From assembly GCA_965267575.1 (NCBI GenBank), contig OZ254086.1, forward strand, positions 320,001 to 384,000: DNA of 64,000 nucleotides, in the 5' to 3' direction. The notes under the pieces were generated by a model. The model was not told where the DNA came from. It was given only the letters and a program-made list of their open reading frames with translations, and made no database searches. Numbering within the stretch: the first letter of the stretch is position 1; each line of letters opens with the position of its first letter. Both the position numbers and the translations under genes were made by a program. This document shows, one piece after another, positions 38,122 to 48,082 of the stretch. The stretch is from Calditrichales bacterium (GTDB taxonomy: Bacteria; Calditrichota; Calditrichia; Calditrichales; J004).

Positions 38122-41001
38122 TTAGAACCTTACCTTCATACCCAAACGAATAATCCTGGGAAGGCCGTATTGACCCGGATTTCTTTCGAAAGCCTCGTAG
38201 TCTGAAGCAAAAGCTTCGGGATCGCTGGAGCTGTTGGTAAACGCTTCACCAACCGGTGTATCAAGGAAGCCCGAGTCACCGGCTTTACCAGTAGAAGCGT
38301 AAACCGCGTTGCTGTTTTCCCTGTCAAACAGGTTTTGTACAACGAGATAAGGCTGCAGCGATATACCCTGGGTTATATTAACATTTCTTTCCAGTTTAAG
38401 GTCAACACGAAACACCCCGTCGCCACGCGCGGAATTTATATACTGCGTCAAGTCACCAAGGTTCGAACCGGCACCCGGCAGCACATTTACAAATTCCAGC
38501 GGTGTATAAGGACGTCCACTGTTATATGTAACAAGCATATTCAAACCGGTATTTTCAAAAAGGTAAAAATTGCCGAGTTGAGGACCTTCGTTTTCAAACG
38601 CTCTAATATCGATAGAAGCTGTCAACGTATGACGTTGATCGAAACTCAGAGGAGCGATTGACTTCGGTGTTTCACCGTCCGTATTTCTGAAGGCAGCGGT
38701 AAATGAGCTCGTTTGGCTTGAACCGGTACCCTGAGCATCAGACAGTGTATAATCCAAACGTGCGCTCAATGGTCCTAAGCGACGCAGGTTAAAACTAAAC
38801 GCCAATCCTTTTACCGTACCAAAGTCAGTATTTGCAGTGGTAAGATAAGGAATGGTATCCTGGCCAAGCTTTGTCAGTTCACGAACGATATTGGTAAGGC
38901 CCTTGACGTTCTTATAAAAAGCGGTCACATCGAGGCTGGCAAAATCACCAATCTGGTGCTTTAAGCCAAACTCATACTGTGTTGTAGTTTCAGACTGCAG
39001 ATTTGAATGGTATGCGGTTCTGTTATCATCTGTTTCCAGAGTCTCAAGCGCAAACCAGTCGGTATAAATATCAAATAACCTGGGTGACTGACGGAAAACA
39101 CCATATTGAGCATGGAAAACCGTTTTTTCTGATACGGGAAAAGCAAAGCCAAAACGTGGGCTAAAATACGTTTCTGCCGGAGCGTCTTCCCAATCTTCGG
39201 GATCTAATCTATTCGGATTAGGCCCAAAACGAAACATATCATTCACGTCACGAATCCGCTTTGTGTTCGGGTCAAAATAATCCCAGCGTATACCAAAATT
39301 CAAGATAAAATCTTCAAATTCGTATTTGTCCTGAATATAGAAGGCGGCTGTAATCGGGCTTTTAGGCCCATCATTTCTCCAGAAATTACCATCATAAGCT
39401 GTCAGGCCCTGATCGGAGTCAATCTCATTACCACGATTATCATAACCAAACATAAATGGTCGTACATCATAATAAGGATCAGTCAGCGAAGGAATTTGGA
39501 GCCCAACGGGTGCGATATTATAGTAGCGAACGGAACTTTGCTCCGCCGTAGCGCCCATTTCGATAAAGTGGTTATCCCACTGTTTCGAGAAATTCAGGTC
39601 CAAACCATAGGTCATAACATTGGATTTTGTATAACCGTTATTTACGCGGCCTTGATCATAAAAAACACCAATTTCATCCTGCAGTACTCGATTACCTTGT
39701 CTCCAATAACCATCTCTGGTAAACATGGGATCACTCGGGTCAACGCGGCCACGATAATAATTTAAATTCGCAGTGGTATCACCGTAAGCTTCCAGGTTAT
39801 CAAACCACACGCCGTCACCGGATTCTGTATCCGTATTACGTACTCGGGCCGTGACATCCCAGAAAGTGTTTTCATCAAGGAAATGAGTAAAGCGCAGAGA
39901 ACCGCCTAAAACGTCTTCCGTATTTAGGGTATTATGCTCACTGTTATTTTTGGCATAAGAGTGAACATAACCATTCCACTCGCGCAGAGAACCATTTGCA
40001 CTAAGCGTTACCTTAAAGTCATCATAGTTAGCATCAAATTTACTGCTAAAACGGATAACTTCACCACCGGTATTCGGCAATGACCTCGAGTCAATACCAA
40101 CAGTAGGTATTTTTAACCCGATTGCACGAGGATTCTCGTCACCTGTGGAGATATATTCACCGGATAAGAAGAAGGACAGGTTTTTACTATCCGGCACGAT
40201 AGGTCCGCTTACATAGCCACTAACCGAATTATAGCCGAAATCGTCGGTAAGTTCGGAGCTTACACCTTCAAAACCACCTGTATATTCACGAGCACCGCTC
40301 TTTGTAACAATATTTACGATACCGGACTGAGCACTACCGTATTTGGCAGAAAAACCACCGAGCTGTGTGGATATCTGTTCAATAGCGTTATCAGGAATAG
40401 TACCCTGAGCGCCACCGCCCAGCAAGTCGTTATAAGGAATACCATCAACGACAACCAGCGTCTCATTTCCACGACCGCCACGAACGTTAATTGTGGCGTT
40501 ACCCGTTTCACCACCGCTACCATCCGCCATTACAACACCGGCGTTCAAGGAAACAACCTGATTAACACCTTTTACAGGAATCCGCTCAATTTCCTCAGAG
40601 TCGATTACCTTTACGGTGTTTGTAGCAGATACTTCGAAAAACGGCTTTTCAGCCACAATGACGATTTGCTCGTCCAGTTCCAGCGTACTGGGCGTCATTT
40701 GCATATCAAGACGCTTGGTGATGTCAGGTACAATCCGCACGTTTTCTACCTTCACTTCACCATAACCAATATAGCTAAAGACAACGTTATACGTACCGGC
40801 CGGTACGTGAAGAATAACATACGAACCGTCAAGGTCCGTAGAGGCACCTAGCAGGGTTCCTTCTACAATAACGTTAACACCCGGCAAGGGATCACCAGTT
40901 TCGCTGTCAGTAATCACACCACTGATCTTACCGGTAGTACCGGCAGACGCAAAGAAAACTGACAACAGAACAAGTGACAGTATTTTGACTAACTTAAACA
41001 T
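38122..41001 (-). CDS. TonB-dependent receptor with N-terminal carboxypeptidase-regulatory-like domain (Oar-like)
   Basis: GTTGKISG..TD..TGDPLPGVNV, plug NVRGGR, GGFSAKYG..QSGIVNIVTKSG, SPRFGFAFP, C-terminal RLGMKVRF. Confidence 0.93.
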   Translation of the reverse strand: MFKLVKILSLVLLSVFFASAGTTGKISGVITDSETGDPLPGVNVIVEGTLLGASTDLDGSYVILHVPAGTYNVVFSYIGYGEVKVENVRIVPDITKRLDMQMTPSTLELDEQIVIVAEKPFFEVSATNTVKVIDSEEIERIPVKGVNQVVSLNAGVVMADGSGGETGNATINVRGGRGNETLVVVDGIPYNDLLGGGAQGTIPDNAIEQISTQLGGFSAKYGSAQSGIVNIVTKSGAREYTGGFEGVSSELTDDFGYNSVSGYVSGPIVPDSKNLSFFLSGEYISTGDENPRAIGLKIPTVGIDSRSLPNTGGEVIRFSSKFDANYDDFKVTLSANGSLREWNGYVHSYAKNNSEHNTLNTEDVLGGSLRFTHFLDENTFWDVTARVRNTDTESGDGVWFDNLEAYGDTTANLNYYRGRVDPSDPMFTRDGYWRQGNRVLQDEIGVFYDQGRVNNGYTKSNVMTYGLDLNFSKQWDNHFIEMGATAEQSSVRYYNIAPVGLQIPSLTDPYYDVRPFMFGYDNRGNEIDSDQGLTAYDGNFWRNDGPKSPITAAFYIQDKYEFEDFILNFGIRWDYFDPNTKRIRDVNDMFRFGPNPNRLDPEDWEDAPAETYFSPRFGFAFPVSEKTVFHAQYGVFRQSPRLFDIYTDWFALETLETDDNRTAYHSNLQSETTTQYEFGLKHQIGDFASLDVTAFYKNVKGLTNIVRELTKLGQDTIPYLTTANTDFGTVKGLAFSFNLRRLGPLSARLDYTLSDAQGTGSSQTSSFTAAFRNTDGETPKSIAPLSFDQRHTLTASIDIRAFENEGPQLGNFYLFENTGLNMLVTYNSGRPYTPLEFVNVLPGAGSNLGDLTQYINSARGDGVFRVDLKLERNVNITQGISLQPYLVVQNLFDRENSNAVYASTGKAGDSGFLDTPVGEAFTNSSSDPEAFASDYEAFERNPGQYGLPRIIRLGMKVRF

Positions 41002-41151
41002 GTAAATCCTCCTGAGCCATGTAATGTTAAGTGAGTTAATAACGATTTTTGAAGTTCTTTTCAGGCTTCCCCCTAAACGTAAAAGAAAACTCTCTTAACA
41101 CGAGGCCAATTTATCTAACTGACACTTCTTCTACTTTATAGAATAATAAAA

Positions 41152-41180
41152 TAAAGAGGGGGAAATTCACCCCCTCTTTA
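41152..41180 (-). terminator. Rho-independent terminator after the Asp-box CTD gene
   Basis: Minus strand TAAAGAGGGGG-TGAATTT-CCCCCTCTTTA followed by a T-rich tail. Confidence 0.75.
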
Positions 41181-41192
41181 GTAACAAATCAA

Positions 41193-42965
41193 TTACTTAA
41201 CAAGAAGCATTTTCTTGGTTGCTTCAAAACCATCAGCATTGAGCTTGTAGAAATAAACACCGGAAGCCAGATTTTCAGCGTTGAATTCAACTGTCTGAGG
41301 ACCGGCACTCATTTTCTTACCATCAATCAGCGTGGCTACTTTCTGACCCAGAGCATTGAATACTTCAACATTTACAGTAGCAGCTTTTTTCAAATTAAAA
41401 GCAATTTGCGTACTTGGGTTGAAAGGATTCGGATAATTCTGGAACAGTTCAAAAGAAGTAGCTGCTTGCAGATCGTCTTCGATCGAAGTGGCAATATCTA
41501 CCTGAACGCGCTGATATACCCATGGAATAAGAGGCGTGCTGCCTTCACCGAACAGACTTACGCCCGGTGCATAATCAACGAGATAAGCAACATCAATATA
41601 GTACATGCCATTATCTTCAAGAAGGTTCTGGCTCATCTGCGGATGAACATCGGAGTAACTTGGCATACCCGCTACTTTAAAAGGCTCACCCCAGGTTGCA
41701 CCACCGTCACCGGAAGTTGCACCATAAATATCAGTAGCATACAGACCGGAAACAGAGTCGCCGGTAGCATCATATGCACCAACCAGGGCGTTGCCTTCAA
41801 CTTCAGGCTGCTGCCAGATAGCGGCCAGCTTCATGCCATCTGCACTTACAGCAATGTTCGGATAAGCGCTGCCTATACCGTTGCCAGGATAACCGGCAGA
41901 GATTGCATCGGACAGATCTGCGTTGCGGCCTACATCTGCGCTCGTCAGGTCAATCAACTGACCATCAGCCTCATTCCAGTAAACAACAGGGAAAATCAGG
42001 TGCGTAATTGAGTCAGGATCGGCTGCATCCACAACACCACCATAGCCGTTAAATACCAGGTGTACATTGTCATTGTTGTCAAGAACAAAGTTTACCTGAC
42101 CAAAGTTTTCCGGCCAATGGAAGCTGTTATCTCCCAGAATAGTAGCATCAGCATAAAGCAGCGTGTTTGTCCAGGAAGCGCCGTTGTCCGAAGAACGTGC
42201 CAGCCACATACCTTCCTGATCGCCACCGGCACCCATATAAACAGAAACGAGATTACCGTTGCTGTCATACATGACTACGTTTTCAGCGTTTCCAAGAGCA
42301 AGAGCTGTATCCGGGTTCTGCGGATAATCATTGTGGATCGGGAAAGTAGCACCGAGATCGCTGGAAATAGAAACACCATACGTTCCAGGACCCTGGTCAC
42401 CGGAAACAACTACATTATTTCCACTTGCATCTACACGCGGAAAAACGCCGGCGAGCTCAGCAATGGCTGTTTCAGTAAAGCTATAGAATGCTTCGCCATC
42501 ATCTTTCCAGAATGCGATACCGCCACCGTGCATAACACCGAGTACTTCATCATTCGGGCCATTGGCAACGTTACCCCAACCTGTGGAGCGCTCTTCCGTA
42601 ACCGACTGGTTACCAAAGAAACCAAAAGGCTCCTGGCTGAAGTCAAAGAAGTCATAAGTAACAAAACGGGCTCCACCGGCTTCCTGGCGATTCATGTAAG
42701 TAATATGAACACCATTGGCGCTATTAACGAGCTGACGGCCGGTTACACTGTTTGTTGAATAGTCATAAACAGTTACACCAAGTGTATCACCCGCTTCAGC
42801 AGCTACTTTATTCATTTGCGGCAGCTGATAGATAGGACCCGTGTAGGGCTTTACGTCGATATTTTCGTCACCGGTGATAACGCGAGCTTTTTGCTCGGTA
42901 ATCTTGCCCGCAAACGAAAGCGCGACGAAAGCAAGAAGTAAAGTAGCAGTAAGGAATTTTGACAT
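41193..42965 (-). CDS. Secreted acidic Asp-box (BNR) protein with sorting tail
   Basis: Signal peptide [45 protein letters not shown]...KKMLLVK. ATG 42965 after GGAGG. Confidence 0.85.
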   Translation of the reverse strand: MSKFLTATLLLAFVALSFAGKITEQKARVITGDENIDVKPYTGPIYQLPQMNKVAAEAGDTLGVTVYDYSTNSVTGRQLVNSANGVHITYMNRQEAGGARFVTYDFFDFSQEPFGFFGNQSVTEERSTGWGNVANGPNDEVLGVMHGGGIAFWKDDGEAFYSFTETAIAELAGVFPRVDASGNNVVVSGDQGPGTYGVSISSDLGATFPIHNDYPQNPDTALALGNAENVVMYDSNGNLVSVYMGAGGDQEGMWLARSSDNGASWTNTLLYADATILGDNSFHWPENFGQVNFVLDNNDNVHLVFNGYGGVVDAADPDSITHLIFPVVYWNEADGQLIDLTSADVGRNADLSDAISAGYPGNGIGSAYPNIAVSADGMKLAAIWQQPEVEGNALVGAYDATGDSVSGLYATDIYGATSGDGGATWGEPFKVAGMPSYSDVHPQMSQNLLEDNGMYYIDVAYLVDYAPGVSLFGEGSTPLIPWVYQRVQVDIATSIEDDLQAATSFELFQNYPNPFNPSTQIAFNLKKAATVNVEVFNALGQKVATLIDGKKMSAGPQTVEFNAENLASGVYFYKLNADGFEATKKMLLVK

Positions 42966-43037
42966 AACAAAAACCTCCAAATAGGTAAAACGTGAGAGTT
43001 AAACAGTTAGACGACGAAAGTGCGAGAGTTTCTGCGC

Positions 43038-43050
43038 CACCTCCTTTCTA
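43038..43050 (-). promoter_or_regulatory. Start-less extended Shine-Dalgarno-like element in the 5' UTR
   Basis: Minus strand TAGAAAGGAGGTG about 72 nt upstream of the ATG, with no start codon at normal spacing behind it. Confidence 0.55.
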
Positions 43051-43116
43051 AGTTTCGCTATGTGTAAGTTTTACAAAGATGAACAAATTAAAGGTACTTT
43101 CCCGGGCTCGGTTTCA

Positions 43117-43145
43117 AGTATAATACTTTGATAAAAATGTGTCAA
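43117..43145 (-). promoter_or_regulatory. Near-consensus sigma70 promoter
   Basis: Minus strand TTGACA-N17-TATACT with AT-rich upstream sequence. Confidence 0.75.
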
Positions 43146-43228
43146 GTGTTTTTAATTAAAGCATTTACGAGCAAAATAAGCTGTAGATTTTGGCACTTTA
43201 AAGGTAATCCCTTTCGGGATAAACAGGA

Positions 43229-45427
43229 TTAACGCAACAATAAAAGCCTGCTAAATATAGCCTTTTTACCCGCCTTCACCCTCACAATATAGACACCGGA
43301 AGCAACCCTTTCGCCGAAACTGGATTGACCGTCCCACTGGAAAAGACCGTTTAACGATGAGGACGCGGAATACACCTTGCGGCCGCTTATATCGAAAATA
43401 TCAAGTTCTGCAATACCGCTTCCCAGCGCGGAATATTCTATATTAAACATTGTACCGTTGCCCGCGGGATACGGATTGGGAAAAAGGGCCAGGCTGCTGA
43501 TTGCCGGTTCCTGCGGCACTTTACTGCCACCGGGAGCGCTAACCTCCACGTTCATCATCCAGACACCATTTAAGGTATTGCCACCCGACGTAAACTGCGT
43601 CAATGGCCTGAAACGTCCGTTGGTTATCGTGCCCTTAATAAACGACCGGCCACTGTTCCCATCGTCGCTGTCATAGCCCATTGCGCCTTCGGTTAAGAAT
43701 TCAACGCCGACGGCAATCTCGTCATCCTCATCATAGCTGATTTCAAAATCCTCCAGGTCAAAACGCACCCATCCCGAGGCTACAACGTTGGGCACCGTAA
43801 TCGCGACGGAAGAAGGTACAGAACCGTCACTTAGCCTGGAAGTGTACACATGCAAGCGAATATCCGAGCTTGATGTCGATTTGTAAAATGAAAGAGATTT
43901 CAGAATAACCGCGTTCTCCGGGGCAAAATATTTAATAGCATTTGTGTTATTGTCCGATGTCAGGGAAACGTCTGGTTCACCGCCGGCGTAGCTAAGTTCT
44001 AAAATACGCCCGGCAGGAGATGCATCAAATGTAAGCCCGTAGGATTCATTACGTGATGTGTTGTTAGCGAAGAAAATCTGCCGCGTATGGTGCGTACGGC
44101 CAAAATCATTATCGCTAAACATGGTTGTGGAAAGCGGCACAAGCCTCTCGGACAACCCAAAACCCAGCCTGGACTGCCAGACATTTCCGGCAAAAGAACT
44201 GTTAGAGGAAAAAATAAGCGAGTCGCCGTTCGTCACCTCGATAAAGGTGAGTGAATATGGTTTTACGCTATAGCTCTTGGAAAATGGGAAAGTTGTAACG
44301 CGTGACAGGGGTTGTGGCTGTATATACTGCAAAGCCTCCCAGGTAAAAACATTGCCGTCACTTTCCCCGGGAACATTCGAAGACAATATTTTAAAAAACT
44401 CCCTCACCAGATCTGAAAAGGCTTTATTAACACCCGCGCTCTGCAACCCCTGGTTAAAACCGCTTATGCCCGGCTGCGGTGCCCGGACGATCTGCCGAAC
44501 GGCCTCCAAACCATATTTCTCATATACAAAATATTGCCATAGCGCGACACGCGCATAATGCGGCAATGAATTATCCCGGTCCCAGTCGGTAAGCGAAAGC
44601 GATATGCTTTGCAGATAACGGTCCGGCGAGCGCAACCCATAGCCGCAGAAAAAAGAAGCGACTTCAGAGAAACCCTCATTGGCCCAGGTTTCTTCATCGG
44701 GGTCATTGCGAAATTGGATCAAATGCTGAAATTCGTGGGCAACCGTTCCCAGTACACCGTTTACGTTATAAGTAGGATCGCCGTTCTGGTCTTCGCCGTA
44801 AATACCGGGATAGGTGTCCATGTAAATGATATCGGAGCGGTTAGAGCCCGGCTGCGTGGTCTGGTCGTGTTCATAGAAAAATCCGCCTATGAATGTATCC
44901 CCGGCATCTTCCCAGCCATCCTGGATGTCAGTGAGCAGGAAATTAACATGGCCGTTTCCATCCACGTCCGGTGGAGCACCAAAAATATCTACGCTGATTT
45001 CATAAATGCCCCGCGAAGGATCAAGGCTTGAAGCGGGCGTCGACTCAATGATGGCGTCATATACCTGATCAATAACGGCATCCGTCACATGATTATTGTC
45101 AATCTCCGCCTTCTCCACCCAGATATTTACGCGGCTGTCCTGCTTTTTTAATACAAACACCTTTTCGTCAAAGCTCATCTTATCGGGGTTTACAAGATTC
45201 AGCACCTGGAATGTGCGCTCTTCCAAAAGCCCTGCCGGTTTGCGCAGCGGCGAAAGCTGCAATTGCCTGTAGCGTTCAGGATTGTTTTTGCGCAGGTTTT
45301 CAATGTATGCTTCAAACTGCTCCTGTGTGGGCGTAAGCGGTGTACCGGAAACACGCGGTTCATGAAACAAGTACTGGGCGTTTACGATTTGGGCAGAAAG
45401 GAATAAAAAAAGAAATAGTTGCCGCAT
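43229..45427 (-). CDS. Secreted M30-like (gluzincin) metallopeptidase with sorting tail
   Basis: PPDVDGNG, VAHEFQHLIQ, WANEGFSE; tail FPNPY...IFDISGRKV...ASGVYIVRV. Start moved to MRQLFL at 45427. Confidence 0.8.
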   Translation of the reverse strand: MRQLFLFLFLSAQIVNAQYLFHEPRVSGTPLTPTQEQFEAYIENLRKNNPERYRQLQLSPLRKPAGLLEERTFQVLNLVNPDKMSFDEKVFVLKKQDSRVNIWVEKAEIDNNHVTDAVIDQVYDAIIESTPASSLDPSRGIYEISVDIFGAPPDVDGNGHVNFLLTDIQDGWEDAGDTFIGGFFYEHDQTTQPGSNRSDIIYMDTYPGIYGEDQNGDPTYNVNGVLGTVAHEFQHLIQFRNDPDEETWANEGFSEVASFFCGYGLRSPDRYLQSISLSLTDWDRDNSLPHYARVALWQYFVYEKYGLEAVRQIVRAPQPGISGFNQGLQSAGVNKAFSDLVREFFKILSSNVPGESDGNVFTWEALQYIQPQPLSRVTTFPFSKSYSVKPYSLTFIEVTNGDSLIFSSNSSFAGNVWQSRLGFGLSERLVPLSTTMFSDNDFGRTHHTRQIFFANNTSRNESYGLTFDASPAGRILELSYAGGEPDVSLTSDNNTNAIKYFAPENAVILKSLSFYKSTSSSDIRLHVYTSRLSDGSVPSSVAITVPNVVASGWVRFDLEDFEISYDEDDEIAVGVEFLTEGAMGYDSDDGNSGRSFIKGTITNGRFRPLTQFTSGGNTLNGVWMMNVEVSAPGGSKVPQEPAISSLALFPNPYPAGNGTMFNIEYSALGSGIAELDIFDISGRKVYSASSSLNGLFQWDGQSSFGERVASGVYIVRVKAGKKAIFSRLLLLR

Positions 45428-45428
45428 A

Positions 45429-45767
45429 TTATTTTGCGATATCCGGATAAACAGTTGCCAGCTTATCCAGGTCTTCATCGGAAAGGAAATCGAACTCAAT
45501 GCCTACCTGGTAATCTGTGTCGCTGTTTTTTTTCTGGTTTCGCACTTTGCCGATCGTCTTAACCAGTTCATCACCAACGGCAACCGATAGCTCAATTTTC
45601 AGGCCCGTCTCCATCGGCCTGGATGAACGGATCGCCGTCCCCGTACGGCTGATATCGAGTGTGGTGACCATTCCCTCGTCAAAAACGCGTCCTTCGGCAT
45701 CGTACAAACGGTAGGAAATAAAATTTTCCGTGTCGATTCTTTTTGACTCACGGCCTTCGAATTCCAT
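45429..45767 (-). CDS. Stand-alone PilZ domain protein
   Basis: RESKR (RxxxR) and DISRTG (DxSxxG); YQVGIEF. Confidence 0.85.
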   Translation of the reverse strand: MEFEGRESKRIDTENFISYRLYDAEGRVFDEGMVTTLDISRTGTAIRSSRPMETGLKIELSVAVGDELVKTIGKVRNQKKNSDTDYQVGIEFDFLSDEDLDKLATVYPDIAK

Positions 45768-45781
45768 AACGTTTCCCTTTA

Positions 45782-46063
45782 TTAATGTGCGCTTTCGCTC
45801 TTTTTATACTCGGCGAGGATTTCGCTGATTTCCTCATCGATGTCGGCGGGGTCGAGATCCAGTTTCGAAATTTCTTCCAAAATCAGGTTGATTCGTGCTT
45901 CAATATCAAGACGGCGGTTCAGATAAAAATAGTGGTCATCGTAATATCTTACCAAACCGCCCTTAAAATTACCGCGGTCCGATTTTACCGAAACACCGCG
46001 AGCCTCCAAAAAAGCAATCAGCTTTTGCAGCTTCTTTTCACTCTCTTTATCTGCTTTGTTCAC
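45782..46063 (-). CDS. Small hypothetical protein
   Basis: 93-aa ORF tightly packed in the operon; DRGNFKGG. Confidence 0.7.
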   Translation of the reverse strand: MNKADKESEKKLQKLIAFLEARGVSVKSDRGNFKGGLVRYYDDHYFYLNRRLDIEARINLILEEISKLDLDPADIDEEISEILAEYKKSESAH

Positions 46064-46067
46064 GGCT

Positions 46068-47150
46068 TTATAAATACTCTTCCATATTTCTCAAACGCAA
46101 TTTATCCACAACCTCTTTCACGCGCTGCGATTTGTCTTTGCGGCAGACAAGGATCGTATCGTCCGTCTCCACAACAATAAGGTCATCCACATCAACGGCA
46201 GCTATCAGCTTGCCGGACCTGGAATGAAAATAATTATTCGTAGCATCTATGACAATAGAACGATCACATAACAGGGCGTTCTGGTATTTGTCTTTTTCGG
46301 ACAGGTTGTACACAGCCTCCCAGGAGCCTACATCGCTCCAGCGGAAATCCGCTTCGATAACTTTTACATTTCGCGCACCTTCCATAACCGCATAATCAAT
46401 CGATATGGAACGCGTCGACGAGTAGGCTTTGAGGATTGCTTCCGTCATGTCCGGCGTGTCGATCTTTTCTTTTAGCGCGGGCAGTAAATAGTATAAATCC
46501 GAAACCTGGCGCTCAAATTCCGACAAAATACTCTGGACGGTCCAGATGAAGATGCCGCTGTTCCAATAGAAATCGCCGCTTTTCAGAAAACGGTCCGCCG
46601 TTTCCAGGTTGGGTTTTTCAGCAAATGTTTTCACCTTATGGATCTTATGCTGCTCCACCACTTCGCCAATCTCGGCGCGCTGTATGTAACCGTAACCCGT
46701 TTCGGGGTAAGACGGTGTAATGCCAAGCGTGATCAGTGCGTCGGTTTGTCTGGCGTGTCCGGCAGCCACGTTCAGCGTTTCACGAAATTTTTCCTCGTCA
46801 TAAACCAGGTGGTCGGCGGGTAAAACGGCCATAACCTCGTCGCGTCCTTTTTCCCTTTTTTCAATAATCGTCGATGCCAGGGCAATGCACGGCGCTGTAT
46901 TGCGGGCAATCGGTTCGGCAATGATGTTTTCCGCGGGAATTTCAGGAAGCTGTTGGGCAACAGCATCCACCAGGTTTTCACCGGTTATTATAAGAACTTT
47001 TTCGGGAGAAGTAAGCTCGCGTATTCTCTCGTATGTCAGTTGCAGCATCGTTTTATCTGTAAACAGGTTCAGCAATTGTTTGGGAGAATCTTTACGGCTT
47101 AGCGGCCAGAATCGCGTACCGGCACCTCCGGCCATCAAAACAATATACAT
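46068..47150 (-). CDS. manC: Mannose-1-phosphate guanylyltransferase
   Basis: MAGGAGTRFWPLSR, EPIARNTAPCI, PADH, ETGYGYI, FAEKP, WNSGIF, SIDYAVME, WSDVGSW. Confidence 0.93.
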   Translation of the reverse strand: MYIVLMAGGAGTRFWPLSRKDSPKQLLNLFTDKTMLQLTYERIRELTSPEKVLIITGENLVDAVAQQLPEIPAENIIAEPIARNTAPCIALASTIIEKREKGRDEVMAVLPADHLVYDEEKFRETLNVAAGHARQTDALITLGITPSYPETGYGYIQRAEIGEVVEQHKIHKVKTFAEKPNLETADRFLKSGDFYWNSGIFIWTVQSILSEFERQVSDLYYLLPALKEKIDTPDMTEAILKAYSSTRSISIDYAVMEGARNVKVIEADFRWSDVGSWEAVYNLSEKDKYQNALLCDRSIVIDATNNYFHSRSGKLIAAVDVDDLIVVETDDTILVCRKDKSQRVKEVVDKLRLRNMEEYL

Positions 47151-48082
47151 CAATTTTCCTTTTCGTTAGCAGGTATCAGGTTTAAATACTTCCCGGCGTA
47201 GGCATTATCCTCGTCTAAATGTTTCAATGCGAGAAACACACGGCGCGCGTTCACTTCGTCGCCGGCCAGATAATAGGTTTCACCGAGATTTTGCAATGCG
47301 ATCACATAGCGGGGTTTCAGGCTTAACGCCCTTATAAAAAACCGGATCGCCGGATCGTAATCTCCGGCAATTTTATACAAATAACCCATGTTATGCAGGG
47401 CTTCGGGATAATCCGGATCGATGCGCAACGCCTGTTCCAAGTGAAAACTGGCACTGTCGTTGCGGCCTTCAAAATACAAAGCTACGGCCAGATTGTTGTG
47501 CGCCTTGGCATAGCCGGGGTCCAGATTCAGCGCCCTTTGGTACACCGGGATCTGTTCGCTGTAATCCTCTTTTTCGGCCGCCTGTTCGGACAGTTCAAAG
47601 GCGCGGATATCCAGGCTGCCGCCCATTATTTCACGTACAAGCTGCAGGTTTTTTTGCGCCGCCTCATATTCACCGTAAACGTCCAGCGCGCGCAGGAAAG
47701 ATTTCTCGGCCTCGGGATAGCGCTTTTCCAGAAAATACATATAGCCAAGATTATTGGCCGCCTGGTAGTAGAGCGAATCCAGCTGCAGCGCCTTGCTGAA
47801 ATAGCGGATGGCCTTGCCTGTTTCGCCCTGCCTGTACAGAGCCAGTCCGATAAAATTATGGACCTCCGCATCATCGGGTATAATCGTCAGCGCCTGTCGC
47901 CACTGTTCGATCGCCAGGCTGTCCCGTCCGGCATCAAAATGATCTATGCCGCGCGTTACCATATTTTCAGCGACGAGGTATTTATCAATCTCTTTTTCCT
48001 CTTTGCCAAGCCCCAGCCAGGCGCAGCTTTGAAGCAACAGCAAAAGGAAAAGAAAAAACAGTTTTTTTACGATTGTATTCAT
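47150..48082 (-). CDS. TPR-repeat lipoprotein
   Basis: LLQSC lipobox; repeated HNNLA/NNLG/HNMG TPR helices. Confidence 0.88.
   Translation of the reverse strand: MNTIVKKLFFLFLLLLLQSCAWLGLGKEEKEIDKYLVAENMVTRGIDHFDAGRDSLAIEQWRQALTIIPDDAEVHNFIGLALYRQGETGKAIRYFSKALQLDSLYYQAANNLGYMYFLEKRYPEAEKSFLRALDVYGEYEAAQKNLQLVREIMGGSLDIRAFELSEQAAEKEDYSEQIPVYQRALNLDPGYAKAHNNLAVALYFEGRNDSASFHLEQALRIDPDYPEALHNMGYLYKIAGDYDPAIRFFIRALSLKPRYVIALQNLGETYYLAGDEVNARRVFLALKHLDEDNAYAGKYLNLIPANEKEN

Noticed and set aside
43038-43050. Possible 16S rRNA 3'-end fragment on the plus strand
   Set aside because: Only 13 nt match, with no upstream rRNA sequence; better explained as an SD-like element on the minus strand.
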